Shown here piece by piece: positions 21,476-30,685 of a stretch of DNA of 64,000 bases. The first letter of the stretch is position 1; the number at the start of each line of letters is the position of its first letter. Source of the stretch: Candidatus Bathyarchaeia archaeon (GTDB lineage: Archaea; Thermoproteota; Bathyarchaeia; 40CM-2-53-6); assembly GCA_049517415.1 (NCBI GenBank), contig JBEKSC010000010.1, positions 19,661 to 83,660 on the forward strand. The letters run 5' to 3'. Below the pieces are notes generated by a model. It worked only from the letters and a program-made list of their open reading frames with translations. It was not told where the DNA came from and ran no database searches. The translations under genes were made by a program, and so were the position numbers.

Positions 21476-23101
21476 GTGGTTCGAGGAATCTTTTGGTTGA
21501 GCACTCAAGCTTCTGTAGCGAGAGGCGCAACTTCTCTTTACGCTGCAAACATCATCGCGCTCGTCTCCGCCACTCTCTATTTCCTTATTCTAACAAATTC
21601 CCTTCACTCCACGCTGGCTGTTGGAATCGTGACGGCTCTCAATATTGTGATCTGGCTAATGGTCACTGTTGCCATTCTTGCGCAACCACTCGCCCAGCAG
21701 TCTGCCGTCCCGGCACCTTTGGCTGTGCTGAAATTCCTTCCCGAGCTCCTAACAAAAGGAGCTCGATCTGGAGCCACGAAACTCTTTCTCGTCACCCTAG
21801 GATTTTCTATCGCTATAGGAGGGTCTATTGCGGTAGTGCTGATTGCAGCTCCTGGCCTCATCATTCCTTGGGTCGGCGGATCAGCGGTCTTGCCTAGCTA
21901 CGTGCGTCTTTCAGGAGTCGACGTACTTGTCCTGTCAATCGGACAGGTTTGCATCGGAACACTCATCGCTCTAGGAGATCTGAAGAGCTCTACTCTATAC
22001 CTCATTCTTTGGAGCGTGGTTCGGTACACGCTCGCCTCTATCCTCTTGCTTACTTTCGCAATAACAGGTGTGCTGGTAGGCTGGATTCTAGGCGATCTTG
22101 TGCTGCTAATTCTTGCTCTACAACAATCGATGCGGGCATTGCGGGTTGGGGGCGCTAGGGAAGAGTTCTCCTTATCCGAACTCGTTCGTTACTCGCTCTA
22201 TACTCTTCTTAGTGCACTTATCGGTTTCTCGGTTAATCAGGCGGATAAGGTTTTCACATTAGCTCGGCAGGGATTGCCAGAACTTGCGGTTTACAATGTG
22301 GCTATTGTCGCGGCAAGTTTCGCAGGTTTGGCTCCTTACGTCTTGCTCACTGTTCTCTTACCTGCGCTGTCTTCGTTGCATGCGGCGAAGAGAACGCGGG
22401 AAATGCGTCAGATGGTTCTAGCGAATACCCGTTACGTGTCAATAGTGGTTCTCCCAGTCGCGTTTGGTTTCGCATCGATTATGGAGGTTGTACTGCGAAT
22501 CTTCGGCTCCGAATACATGGCCGGCTTGATGCCTTCCATTATAGTTTCTGTTGCGACGGGGTTAACGGCTGTGGGGGCGGTGTACGCGGGTGCACTGTTG
22601 GCGCTTGGGGAGTTGAAGTGGTTTACGGGCGCGAACGCAATCGGCCTAGTCGGGCTCGTCGTCGTATCATACTTCTTGACGCCTATCCTCGGGTTGAATG
22701 GCCCCGCCTTAGGTCGGGCCACGTTGATGGCGCTCGTGACGTTAGTTTACGGTATTGCGTTATGGCGGAGTGGTTTCTTTGAGTTTGATCTGCGGGCGTT
22801 CCTGTATGCGGCGGTTGGTTCGGGTGTCATGGGCATCCTTGTCTTCTTCGCCTTATCGTTCGCTCATTCGTTCCTAGCGAAACTGGTGATGCTTCCATTT
22901 GTTGTCGTCTTTGGAGCCCTGGTCTACGTGGGTTTCTTGCGGTTCCTTCGGCTTCTTACCGTGGACGACTTGAAGTTCCTACGTGATCTCTTGCCCACGA
23001 GGTTCCATGGTGTTCTTCCGCTAGCGGCCAGGTTGGCTGGTCTAAGCGGGAAGCGAAATAGTCCGCGTCAAAGCCTTGTTTTAAACCGCCATTCGGGATG
23101 A
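21476..23101 (+). CDS. Oligosaccharide flippase (Wzx/MATE-like), second paralog
   Basis: About 14 TM segments; VARGAT, QADK, LAVYNVA, LLPALS, LGLNGPALG. Confidence 0.85.
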   Translation: MVRGIFWLSTQASVARGATSLYAANIIALVSATLYFLILTNSLHSTLAVGIVTALNIVIWLMVTVAILAQPLAQQSAVPAPLAVLKFLPELLTKGARSGATKLFLVTLGFSIAIGGSIAVVLIAAPGLIIPWVGGSAVLPSYVRLSGVDVLVLSIGQVCIGTLIALGDLKSSTLYLILWSVVRYTLASILLLTFAITGVLVGWILGDLVLLILALQQSMRALRVGGAREEFSLSELVRYSLYTLLSALIGFSVNQADKVFTLARQGLPELAVYNVAIVAASFAGLAPYVLLTVLLPALSSLHAAKRTREMRQMVLANTRYVSIVVLPVAFGFASIMEVVLRIFGSEYMAGLMPSIIVSVATGLTAVGAVYAGALLALGELKWFTGANAIGLVGLVVVSYFLTPILGLNGPALGRATLMALVTLVYGIALWRSGFFEFDLRAFLYAAVGSGVMGILVFFALSFAHSFLAKLVMLPFVVVFGALVYVGFLRFLRLLTVDDLKFLRDLLPTRFHGVLPLAARLAGLSGKRNSPRQSLVLNRHSG

Positions 23102-23232
23102 GTAATATGTTTTCCACACAAAGCTGCGCCACACATCGAAACGCCTACCATGACGCGGACTAAGTTTTCGGTGTTGTGAAAAATTCGTTACTATGGGCAA
23201 AGCCTACGATGGTCAATGTCGTGACGGGTTCC

Positions 23233-24243
23233 TTATGATTGGGAGGTGGGCGGCGCATGTCTGGTCGTGGCGAACAGTCCCAACTGTGCGGTTTTCGCGA
23301 TCTGGGGTACTCCAATTAAGTCTTCTACTATTAGCAGGCCTCGTGTAAGGATTGCGAATACTGCGGCGTGAGGGAGGTCTACTCCGAGAAGGAGAAAGAT
23401 TCCAACTATTGCTCCTTCCTGGAATCCTATACCTGAGGGGGTCAGGGGAACAAAGCCGAATGCCGTTAGGAGTGGATGTAACAGGAAGAAACCTAACCAT
23501 CCAACATTCGTGATCCCAACAGCCAACCCCAAGAAATACCATTCGAACCCCTTGAGAACCCAGGACAGCACCGTGATGGCGAGGATTTCAGGTATCGCGC
23601 CACGAGTCTTCGCGGCGTTTTCACCAAACTGGTCCAACTTCGCCATCATGCCACGCGTGAATTGTGCGAGCAACTTCCATTTTGCAATTCTTCGAATTAG
23701 TGCGGCCGTTCTAGGAGACCAGATAATTGCGGCCAACGCGAAACTGCCAAGCAACATGAGCCCAATGCCGACGGAACCGATCCAGACAAGCTGAGGCGGG
23801 AAACTCGTACGGTTGAAAAGAAAGATCAATGCTAGAGCTCCGCCAATGACTTTGACGAGAAACTCAATTGACTGGATGCCCATGATGCAGGAAAGACTTG
23901 CTGAGGTATCGATCTTCTGATTCTTCAGATACAGGGGGGTCAGCAGATACCCAGATCTTCCGGGGGTAACATCGCTCGTTAGCATTCCACTGTACTGCGC
24001 GAGGAGTGTCTTACCGAAAGTAGCCCTGATCCCTTGCCTCTGAAGCACCCTCATGATTCGTATTGTGAAGAGAACGTTGATCAGGAAGTATGGAAGGAAC
24101 GCAAGGAGGACGTATTTTGGTTGCGTCTCAGACAGCGTCGAAATGAGAGTGTTAGCTCCGATGTACCACAGCAACCCTCCAACTATAGCTACCATTAGTA
24201 GAAGCTGCAGCATCAGCCGCAACCTGCTATTACCGTATTTCAT
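23233..24243 (-). CDS. UPF0104 / lysylphosphatidylglycerol synthase TM-like flippase
   Basis: TPGRSG, VPLTPSGIGFQEGA, ILTRG; multiple TM segments. Confidence 0.85.
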   Translation of the reverse strand: MKYGNSRLRLMLQLLLMVAIVGGLLWYIGANTLISTLSETQPKYVLLAFLPYFLINVLFTIRIMRVLQRQGIRATFGKTLLAQYSGMLTSDVTPGRSGYLLTPLYLKNQKIDTSASLSCIMGIQSIEFLVKVIGGALALIFLFNRTSFPPQLVWIGSVGIGLMLLGSFALAAIIWSPRTAALIRRIAKWKLLAQFTRGMMAKLDQFGENAAKTRGAIPEILAITVLSWVLKGFEWYFLGLAVGITNVGWLGFFLLHPLLTAFGFVPLTPSGIGFQEGAIVGIFLLLGVDLPHAAVFAILTRGLLIVEDLIGVPQIAKTAQLGLFATTRHAPPTSQS

Positions 24244-24591
24244 ATAATATCACGGGTCCAACTGAGATCTGCGAATCCCCTCTCTCCTTATTCTACACAT
24301 TCATCAAGAACTCCGAGCAGAAACGACTAATCACGAACACAGCAAAGTAGCATGTTCTCCCCACAAAACTACACCACCCACCTCCCCTCGCCAAAAACGT
24401 GCACACGCAGCCTAGCGTGCGACAGGAAAGGTTGCAAAATCAGCCCCGACGAACCCCAAAAAGTGCACCACCCCCCTAGAGGGTCTTCCAAGCGTGCGCA
24501 CGAAGGCTACGAGGAATACCTAACATAGGCTAGACGTCCGCTCTCTAGCCTGTAAAATTGGTGCCTCCAGGCGCGGCCGAAATCCCTCTAT

Positions 24592-24894
24592 TCAGCCGCT
24601 GCTTGCTGGGAGGGGCAGGCCCCTGCAGCCCACCTTTCCGCGCACGCGGCGGTTGAAGTTCGGGCAGGTGAAACATTCAACGAAGGATACAACCTTTAAC
24701 TTTACGGGGCAGTCAACGGCCTCCTTCTTCATCTTCGCCAGCATCTTGCCCTTAACCGCCCCTTTGATGGCTTCCAAGGATTCCTTCGGGGTCGGAACCG
24801 CCTTGGGTGGAGAGAAGATTTCCACTAGGTACTTGTCATCCGCACCCAACTGAACCGGCGTCTTATCATCCGCAGGCGGAGTAGGTTCGCTCAT
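24592..24894 (-). CDS. Hypothetical small protein with four Cys (possible metal-binding)
   Basis: MSEPTPP...VDCPVK...ECFTCPNF...VGCRG; ATG at 24894. Confidence 0.65.
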   Translation of the reverse strand: MSEPTPPADDKTPVQLGADDKYLVEIFSPPKAVPTPKESLEAIKGAVKGKMLAKMKKEAVDCPVKLKVVSFVECFTCPNFNRRVRGKVGCRGLPLPASSG

Positions 24895-25008
24895 AAGGCA
24901 CTCAGGCTTTGGAATTGGCTTCATGTAATTCAATAAAACACTTTCGAACAAGTATCAGCTGAATATCCAGGCCGTCAATGGTATCGCTAATGCAACGCCC
25001 TACCAAAC

Positions 25009-25785
25009 TCAAACAATCTTATGGAAAAGATCCATTCTCTTTCCTAGAGTTAGCTTTCTCGACAAACCAGGCTGCTCGGCCCTGTGAAGGCGGGGTAACG
25101 CCCTAACAATCGCGACTGGTGTCCGCTCAGTTCCCTGGCCCATAACGAGCTCAGCTGCAGCCGCAACCTCATCCGCCAAACCAACAAACTTGTACCTTAA
25201 CTGGTAACCAAACAGGTCCTCTAGACCCCGGTAATCGACGATAGGTTCCAAACCTGAAACTCCGATGGCGAACTCCACCTGGCCAATCCGAAATGGGCGG
25301 CTGTACGTGTCGGCGACAATTACGGCCAGTTTCCTTCCAGACAAAGCCTCGAGCTTAGCTCTAATTCTTTTAGCTGATGAGTCCGAGTTCTTCGGGAGCC
25401 TAGCGTAACCGAGGCGCCCCTTCACATTCGACTTGTCAACACCCGCATTCACACACACCATCCCGTCCTTCCTCTGAACGATGAGTGCTTGCCCGTCGGC
25501 ACGCAAGATCCGTCGCGTATCCATCAGGATTAATTCAACGAGCCTTGGATCCTTACCAGTCTTCCGTGACAGTGCCCGAGCTCTGTGACTTGGCTTAATC
25601 GTTGAAATGTCAACTTCAAGCCCCTCTGCCTTAGAGACTATCTTCTGGGAAACAACTATAACGTCCCCATCAACAAGTAGCAAGTTCGCGTTTTTCAATG
25701 CGTCGAATATGGTTTGGCCAACATCGTCGCCTGGTTTCACTAAACCGATTCTTTCTAAGCCGACGATTGAAAGCGCCTTGGTCAT
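25009..25785 (-). CDS. cofE: Coenzyme F420-0:L-glutamate ligase
   Basis: GDVIVVSQKIVSKAEG, NAGVDKSN, ADTYSRPFRIG, ADEVAAAAELVMG..ERTPV. Start set at ATG 25785; the longer ORF overlaps hppA. Confidence 0.92.
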   Translation of the reverse strand: MTKALSIVGLERIGLVKPGDDVGQTIFDALKNANLLLVDGDVIVVSQKIVSKAEGLEVDISTIKPSHRARALSRKTGKDPRLVELILMDTRRILRADGQALIVQRKDGMVCVNAGVDKSNVKGRLGYARLPKNSDSSAKRIRAKLEALSGRKLAVIVADTYSRPFRIGQVEFAIGVSGLEPIVDYRGLEDLFGYQLRYKFVGLADEVAAAAELVMGQGTERTPVAIVRALPRLHRAEQPGLSRKLTLGKRMDLFHKIV

Positions 25786-25845
25786 TTCACGCACCTTATC
25801 ATTTCCGGGAACTGTGAGTTCCAACTGCGACAGCTGTACTTGTTG

Positions 25846-25856
25846 CTTAAATAACG
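25846..25856 (+). promoter_or_regulatory. TATA-box-containing motif CTTAAATAACG upstream of hppA1
   Basis: An identical 11-mer occurs at 28281-28291 upstream of hppA2. Confidence 0.55.
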
Positions 25857-25942
25857 TATGACCACTCCGCCCAAAACGCGCCCACAAAAAAAGCTGCAAG
25901 GGTTGATGCAACTGACCAAAATCGCTACAGGAGTTAGGTAGT

Positions 25943-28237
25943 TTGTTTGAAGTGGGCGTATTCACCTTCGAGGGTCTAGTCCCGTGGGCAATTATCGGAA
26001 TTGCCATCATCAGTTTGCTGTATGCTTGGTGGCTCCGTGGAGGAGTTTTGAAGAAAGACAAAGGAACCCCCAAGATGCAAGAAGTCTGGAACTCCATTCG
26101 AGTTGGCGCTGACGCCTACCTGAATCGGCAGCTTCGCACCATTCTCCCACTCATAGGCCTGTTGGCAGTGGCATTATTCTTCAGCGTGTATGTAGTGCAA
26201 CCCACCTCAGAAGCAACGGAGGTTTTCGGGAAGAACGCACAACTCATCGTGGCGGTCGGGCGAATGCTGGCTTTCGTCCTTGGCGCATCATTCAGCCTTA
26301 TCGTAGGCCAGTATGGAATGCGCATGGCGGTTCAAGCAAATGTTCGTGTCGCCTCCGCATCCCGACGAAGCTTCAACGAAGCCTTATCCATCGCCTATTA
26401 CGCAGGAACAATCACTGGAATGCTAACCGACGGCTTAGGCCTTCTTGGTGGGACTTCAATCTTCATTATATTTGGAAAGGCAGCCCCAGATGCACTGCTC
26501 GGGTTCGGTTTCGGCGGCACACTTCTTGCACTTTTCATGCGGGTTGGGGGCGGAATATACACAAAGGCAGCGGACGTAGGCGCCGACCTTGTTGGAAAAG
26601 TGGAGAAGGACATACCCGAAGACGACCCACGTAACGCTGCCGTTGTTGCTGATTTAGTGGGCGACAACGTGGGCGACTGTGCTGGGATGGCGGCGGACAT
26701 CTTCGAATCATATGAAGTAACCATTGTTTCAGCTTTGATCCTGGGCTTGGCAGTGATGGCTTTTGACCCACAGCACAGGCTCATGTGGATACTCATCCCA
26801 CTAATCGTCCGCGGCATCGGCGTCATCTCATCCATTCTGGGCACATTTACAGTTCCGTTTTGGACCAAGTTTCCAATCAAGTTCCTGAGGGCTGACAATG
26901 CAGAAGACGCGATGTTCCGCTCCTACGAGGTTTCCAGCATTAACACCGTTTTTTGGGCGTTTATTGTAGCGTGGTTCTACGGGAATGATTGGCGTCTCGG
27001 AGCACTCGTGGCCATCGGCGTTGGACTCGCGGTAAGCTTCAACCCACTAACCTCCTACTTCACTGCCACGGACAAGAATCCAGTCAAGGATATCGTCAAA
27101 GCCACCGAGGCCGGGCCGGCAACAACAATTCTTTCTGGCTTAGCGAACGGGTTCGAATCATCCGTCTGGGCACTCTTGTATATAGTCATTAGCTTCGTGC
27201 TAGCTGTCCTGCTCTTTCCACCCGAAAACGGTAGTGTCTACACATTGTACGCTATTGCGATGATCGGGATTGGGATGCTAAGCCATACGGGTAACAATGT
27301 GGCTATGGACTCCTACGGACCGATCAGTGATAATGCTAATGGCATTGGGCAGATGGCTTGGGAACAATTGGATGATGAGGAGACGAGGCAGGGCCGGCAG
27401 ATCATGGCGGACCTCGATGCAGTGGGAAACACCACGAAAGCTATCACAAAGGGAATAGCTATTGCCTCAGCCGTAATTGCTGCCGTGTCACTTTTCGCAT
27501 CATACATCACGACCACTGGCCTGCAGGCGATTAGCGTCTCAGACATCAGGGTCTTCATAGGCCTTCTACTGGGAGGTGCGCTGCCGTGGCTGTTCAGTTC
27601 ACTAAACATCCGAGCCGTTTCGAGGGCGGCCAAACTGATAGTTGAGGAGGTTCGGCGCCAGTTTCGAGTCCCGGGCGTTTGGGAGGGTAGAGTGCCTCCG
27701 GACTACCGTGAGGTTGTAGGTATTTCTACGGCTGCCGCGCAGAAAGAGCTGATACCCTTGGCAGTCATAGCGTTGAGCATCCCCCTCACTGTGGGTCTGC
27801 TGTTGGGCGTTGAAGCGTTGGGTGGTTTCTTGGCTGGTATAATTGTGTCGGGTCAACTGCTAGCGGTTTTCATGGCCAATGCCGGCGCAGCTTGGGATAA
27901 TGCGAAGAAGACGATCGAGGATGAGCCACGCGATTTGGCCGCGAATACAGGTAAGGGCAGTGAACGCCACAAAGCCAGTGTGGTTGGGGACACGGTTGGT
28001 GATCCATTGAAGGATACTGCTGGCCCAGCTTTGAATCCTATGATCAAAGTCGTCAATCTAGTTTCCCTGATCATAGCACCAATCATCGTCGCCGCCAAAA
28101 CAAGTTGGGCAACTTTTGTTGTCGCTTTGTTGCTAATCGCTGCTGCGTCGTGGGCCCTGTGGCGGAGCAAACGTGACGTCTCAGTGGAAGAGAAAGCTAG
28201 AACTGAAAGCTCAAACATGCCCGGCTCAACCAAATGA
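25943..28237 (+). CDS. hppA: Membrane-bound H+-translocating pyrophosphatase, K+-independent type
   Basis: GGGIYTKAADVGADLVGKVE..IPEDDPRN, DNVGDCAG, GNTTKA (Lys indicates K+-independence), GDTVGDPLKDTAGPALN. Confidence 0.96.
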   Translation: MFEVGVFTFEGLVPWAIIGIAIISLLYAWWLRGGVLKKDKGTPKMQEVWNSIRVGADAYLNRQLRTILPLIGLLAVALFFSVYVVQPTSEATEVFGKNAQLIVAVGRMLAFVLGASFSLIVGQYGMRMAVQANVRVASASRRSFNEALSIAYYAGTITGMLTDGLGLLGGTSIFIIFGKAAPDALLGFGFGGTLLALFMRVGGGIYTKAADVGADLVGKVEKDIPEDDPRNAAVVADLVGDNVGDCAGMAADIFESYEVTIVSALILGLAVMAFDPQHRLMWILIPLIVRGIGVISSILGTFTVPFWTKFPIKFLRADNAEDAMFRSYEVSSINTVFWAFIVAWFYGNDWRLGALVAIGVGLAVSFNPLTSYFTATDKNPVKDIVKATEAGPATTILSGLANGFESSVWALLYIVISFVLAVLLFPPENGSVYTLYAIAMIGIGMLSHTGNNVAMDSYGPISDNANGIGQMAWEQLDDEETRQGRQIMADLDAVGNTTKAITKGIAIASAVIAAVSLFASYITTTGLQAISVSDIRVFIGLLLGGALPWLFSSLNIRAVSRAAKLIVEEVRRQFRVPGVWEGRVPPDYREVVGISTAAAQKELIPLAVIALSIPLTVGLLLGVEALGGFLAGIIVSGQLLAVFMANAGAAWDNAKKTIEDEPRDLAANTGKGSERHKASVVGDTVGDPLKDTAGPALNPMIKVVNLVSLIIAPIIVAAKTSWATFVVALLLIAAASWALWRSKRDVSVEEKARTESSNMPGSTK

Positions 28238-28280
28238 AAACGGAAGTATCTATTCGAACCTTTGCAGTTCGCCCGGTTCA

Positions 28281-28291
28281 CTTAAATAACG
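28281..28291 (+). promoter_or_regulatory. TATA-box-containing motif CTTAAATAACG upstream of hppA2
   Basis: Identical to 25846-25856. Confidence 0.55.
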
Positions 28292-28339
28292 AAACATCTT
28301 CCTAAGCGAGGTTTGCCTCCCGCGAAAGAGGAATAATGT

Positions 28340-30409
28340 TTGCTAATCGATTACGTCTTCGTAGTCAGCGCTCTTTCACTTGGCGTGGCTGGTTACGTCG
28401 TCACCTGGATAATGAAACAGGACACTGGAACCGAGCGAATGAGGGAGATTTCTCTTGCCATCAAAGAGGGTGCCGAAACGTATCTCGCACGTCAGTACAA
28501 AACCATCAGCATAATCGCCATAATCGCCACTATCCTAATGGCGTTTGGCATAAGGGACGCCACTAACCCATGGCTCGGGGTTGACACCGCCGGAGGCTTC
28601 CTCCTCGGCGCTGTGTGCTCCAACCTGGCGGGTTATATCGCGATGTACGTCTCGGTCCGCTCGAACGTTCGCGCTGCGCGGGGTGCGATGACCAGCCTAG
28701 ACCGCGCGCTGAAGATAGCGTTCCGGGGTGGAATTGTATTCGGGCTAGCGGTCGTTTCAATGAGCCTACTCGGGATCTCAACGCTATTCCTTGTCTTCAA
28801 AGGCGACCCTCGGCTCATTGTTGGCTTCGGGTTCGGGGCCAGCTTTGCAGCACTGTTCGCCCAATTGGGAGGGGGTATTTACACCAAGGCTGCCGATATG
28901 AGCGCCGACCTGGTCGGGAAAGTAGAAGCTGGAATCCCAGAAGATGACCCTCGCAACCCTGCCGTCATAGCTGACCTGGTCGGGGACAATGTTGGCGACA
29001 TTGCAGGGCGTGGGGCAGACCTGTTCGAATCTATCACCGCCGAAAACATCGGTGCTATGATACTTGGCCTAGCACCCGCCGTTTACGCTTTATTTGGGAT
29101 CAACGGGCTTATTTTTCCGCTCTTAGCTAGAACCTTTGGACTGATCGGGACGATGGTCGGTTCGATTTTCGTGTATTCCCGAAAGAAGGAAGATCCTTTC
29201 ACCTCGTTAACTCGAGGCCTAATCATTACTGGCATCATATCTGCGGGGGGCTTCTACTTCCTGACAGTTGTGCTACTCAACGGTGAAATGAATTTCTTCT
29301 TCGCCGCACTTGTCGGAATCGTTGCGGCGGTACTTGTGGCGTGGCTAACTGACTACTACACCTCGTACCGAAGAAAACCCACACTTGAAATCGCCAGCGC
29401 CTCAGAAAGCGGCCCCGCACCCGGAATCGCGACGGGTTTCGCCGTCGGAATGGAATCATCTGCACTATTTATAATCGTAATTGGTGCAGCGATCCTGCTT
29501 GCTTTCGCTTTAGGGAACGGCTTCATTTCGGAAGGCGCGCGGTTAGACCTTACCGACCCTGCTTTCCAGAAGGGACTCTATGGGACAGCGATAGCAACTA
29601 TGGGCATGCTTTCCGTTACTCCAATGGTCCTTGCAATGGATGGCTTCGGTCCCATTACGGACAACGCTGGTGGCATACTCGAAATGTCCGGCGTTACGGC
29701 TAAAGCTAGGGCAATTTCAGACCGCCTTGATTCCGTGGGCAACACTACTAAGGCGTTGACGAAAGGTTACGGCGTCGCATCAGCCGCACTTTCAGCGTTT
29801 CTCCTGTTCAGTGCTTTCCTAGAAGTCGCTGGGTTGAAAGGCGTTGACCTGTCCAGGCCTGGGGTTTTCACAGGCGCCCTCATCGGAGCCATGTTAATCT
29901 TCTTCTTCAGCTCACTCGCGATCAAAGCAGTTGGAAGAACCTCAGCAGTAATGATTCGCGAAATCCGCCGGCAGTTCAAGGAAATGCCCGGCATCATGAA
30001 AGGCACGGTAAAGCCTGACTATTCACGTTGCATTGACATTAGCACTAAAGCAGCGTTGAAGAGCATGGTTTACCCAAGCATGCTCATCGTCATAGCGCCA
30101 ATAATTGTCGGCGTACTTCTCGGGGCAGAAGCAGCGGGCGGGCTTCTAATGGTGGGCACGGTGGTCGGCGTTCTGATGGCACTGTTCATGAATAATGTTG
30201 GCGCCGCTTTAGATAACGCCAAGAAGTACATAGAGGCTGGGCATTTGGGCGGGAAGGGTTCGCAAGTTCACGCCGCAACCGTGATCGGCGACACGCTAGG
30301 CGACCCATTGTAGGATACTGCAGGGCCCTCATTGCACGTCGTAGTGAAGCTCCTAAACACCCTAACCCTCGCGCTGGCACCCCTATTCATCTTAGCCCTT
30401 CTACACTAA
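28340..30409 (+). CDS. hppA: Second membrane H+-pyrophosphatase (AVP2-like subtype) with in-frame TAG at 30311-30313 (readthrough, pseudogene or sequence error)
   Basis: All mPPase motifs present, including GNTTKA. Reads GDTLGDPL*DTAGPSLHVVVKLLNTLTLALAPLFILALLH-TAA(30409); TAG replaces the conserved Lys. Confidence 0.88.
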
Positions 30410-30427
30410 CGAGATTCTGGTTCGGGG

Positions 30428-30573
30428 CCATCGCGCCTGCAATTGAAGCGATGGTGGTAGTTCAAAAGCGCCCAGTCGATGCCGGCGAGTTAACCGATCG
30501 GCATCCGTTGGCAAGTTAACAGTGCCCACAAACGCTGGTGCTCATGGTATTGTTCGCCCATTGAACCATCGCT
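30428..30573. ncRNA. Candidate structured non-coding RNA element (nested stems, two hairpins with GTTAAC loops)
   Basis: Pairings: AGCGATGG(30447-54)/CCATCGCT(30566-73); TTCAA(30461-65)/TTGAA(30561-65); AGCG/CGCT; GATGCCG(30478-84)/CGGCATC(30499-505); GGCA/TGCC. Confidence 0.45.
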
Positions 30574-30685
30574 AGAGTGTGAAATTTCGGCCGATATCGG
30601 TCGACATAGTATTCCTTAGTTTCCACTTTTGTTGTCGAAGAAGGAACCCTATTAAACGGGTTTAGTCGTAGTCGTTTCGGCCTTA

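Noticed and set aside
25786..26097. N-terminal extension of cofE in the ORF track
   Set aside because: It overlaps hppA1 and its promoter; homology starts at MTKAL (25785).
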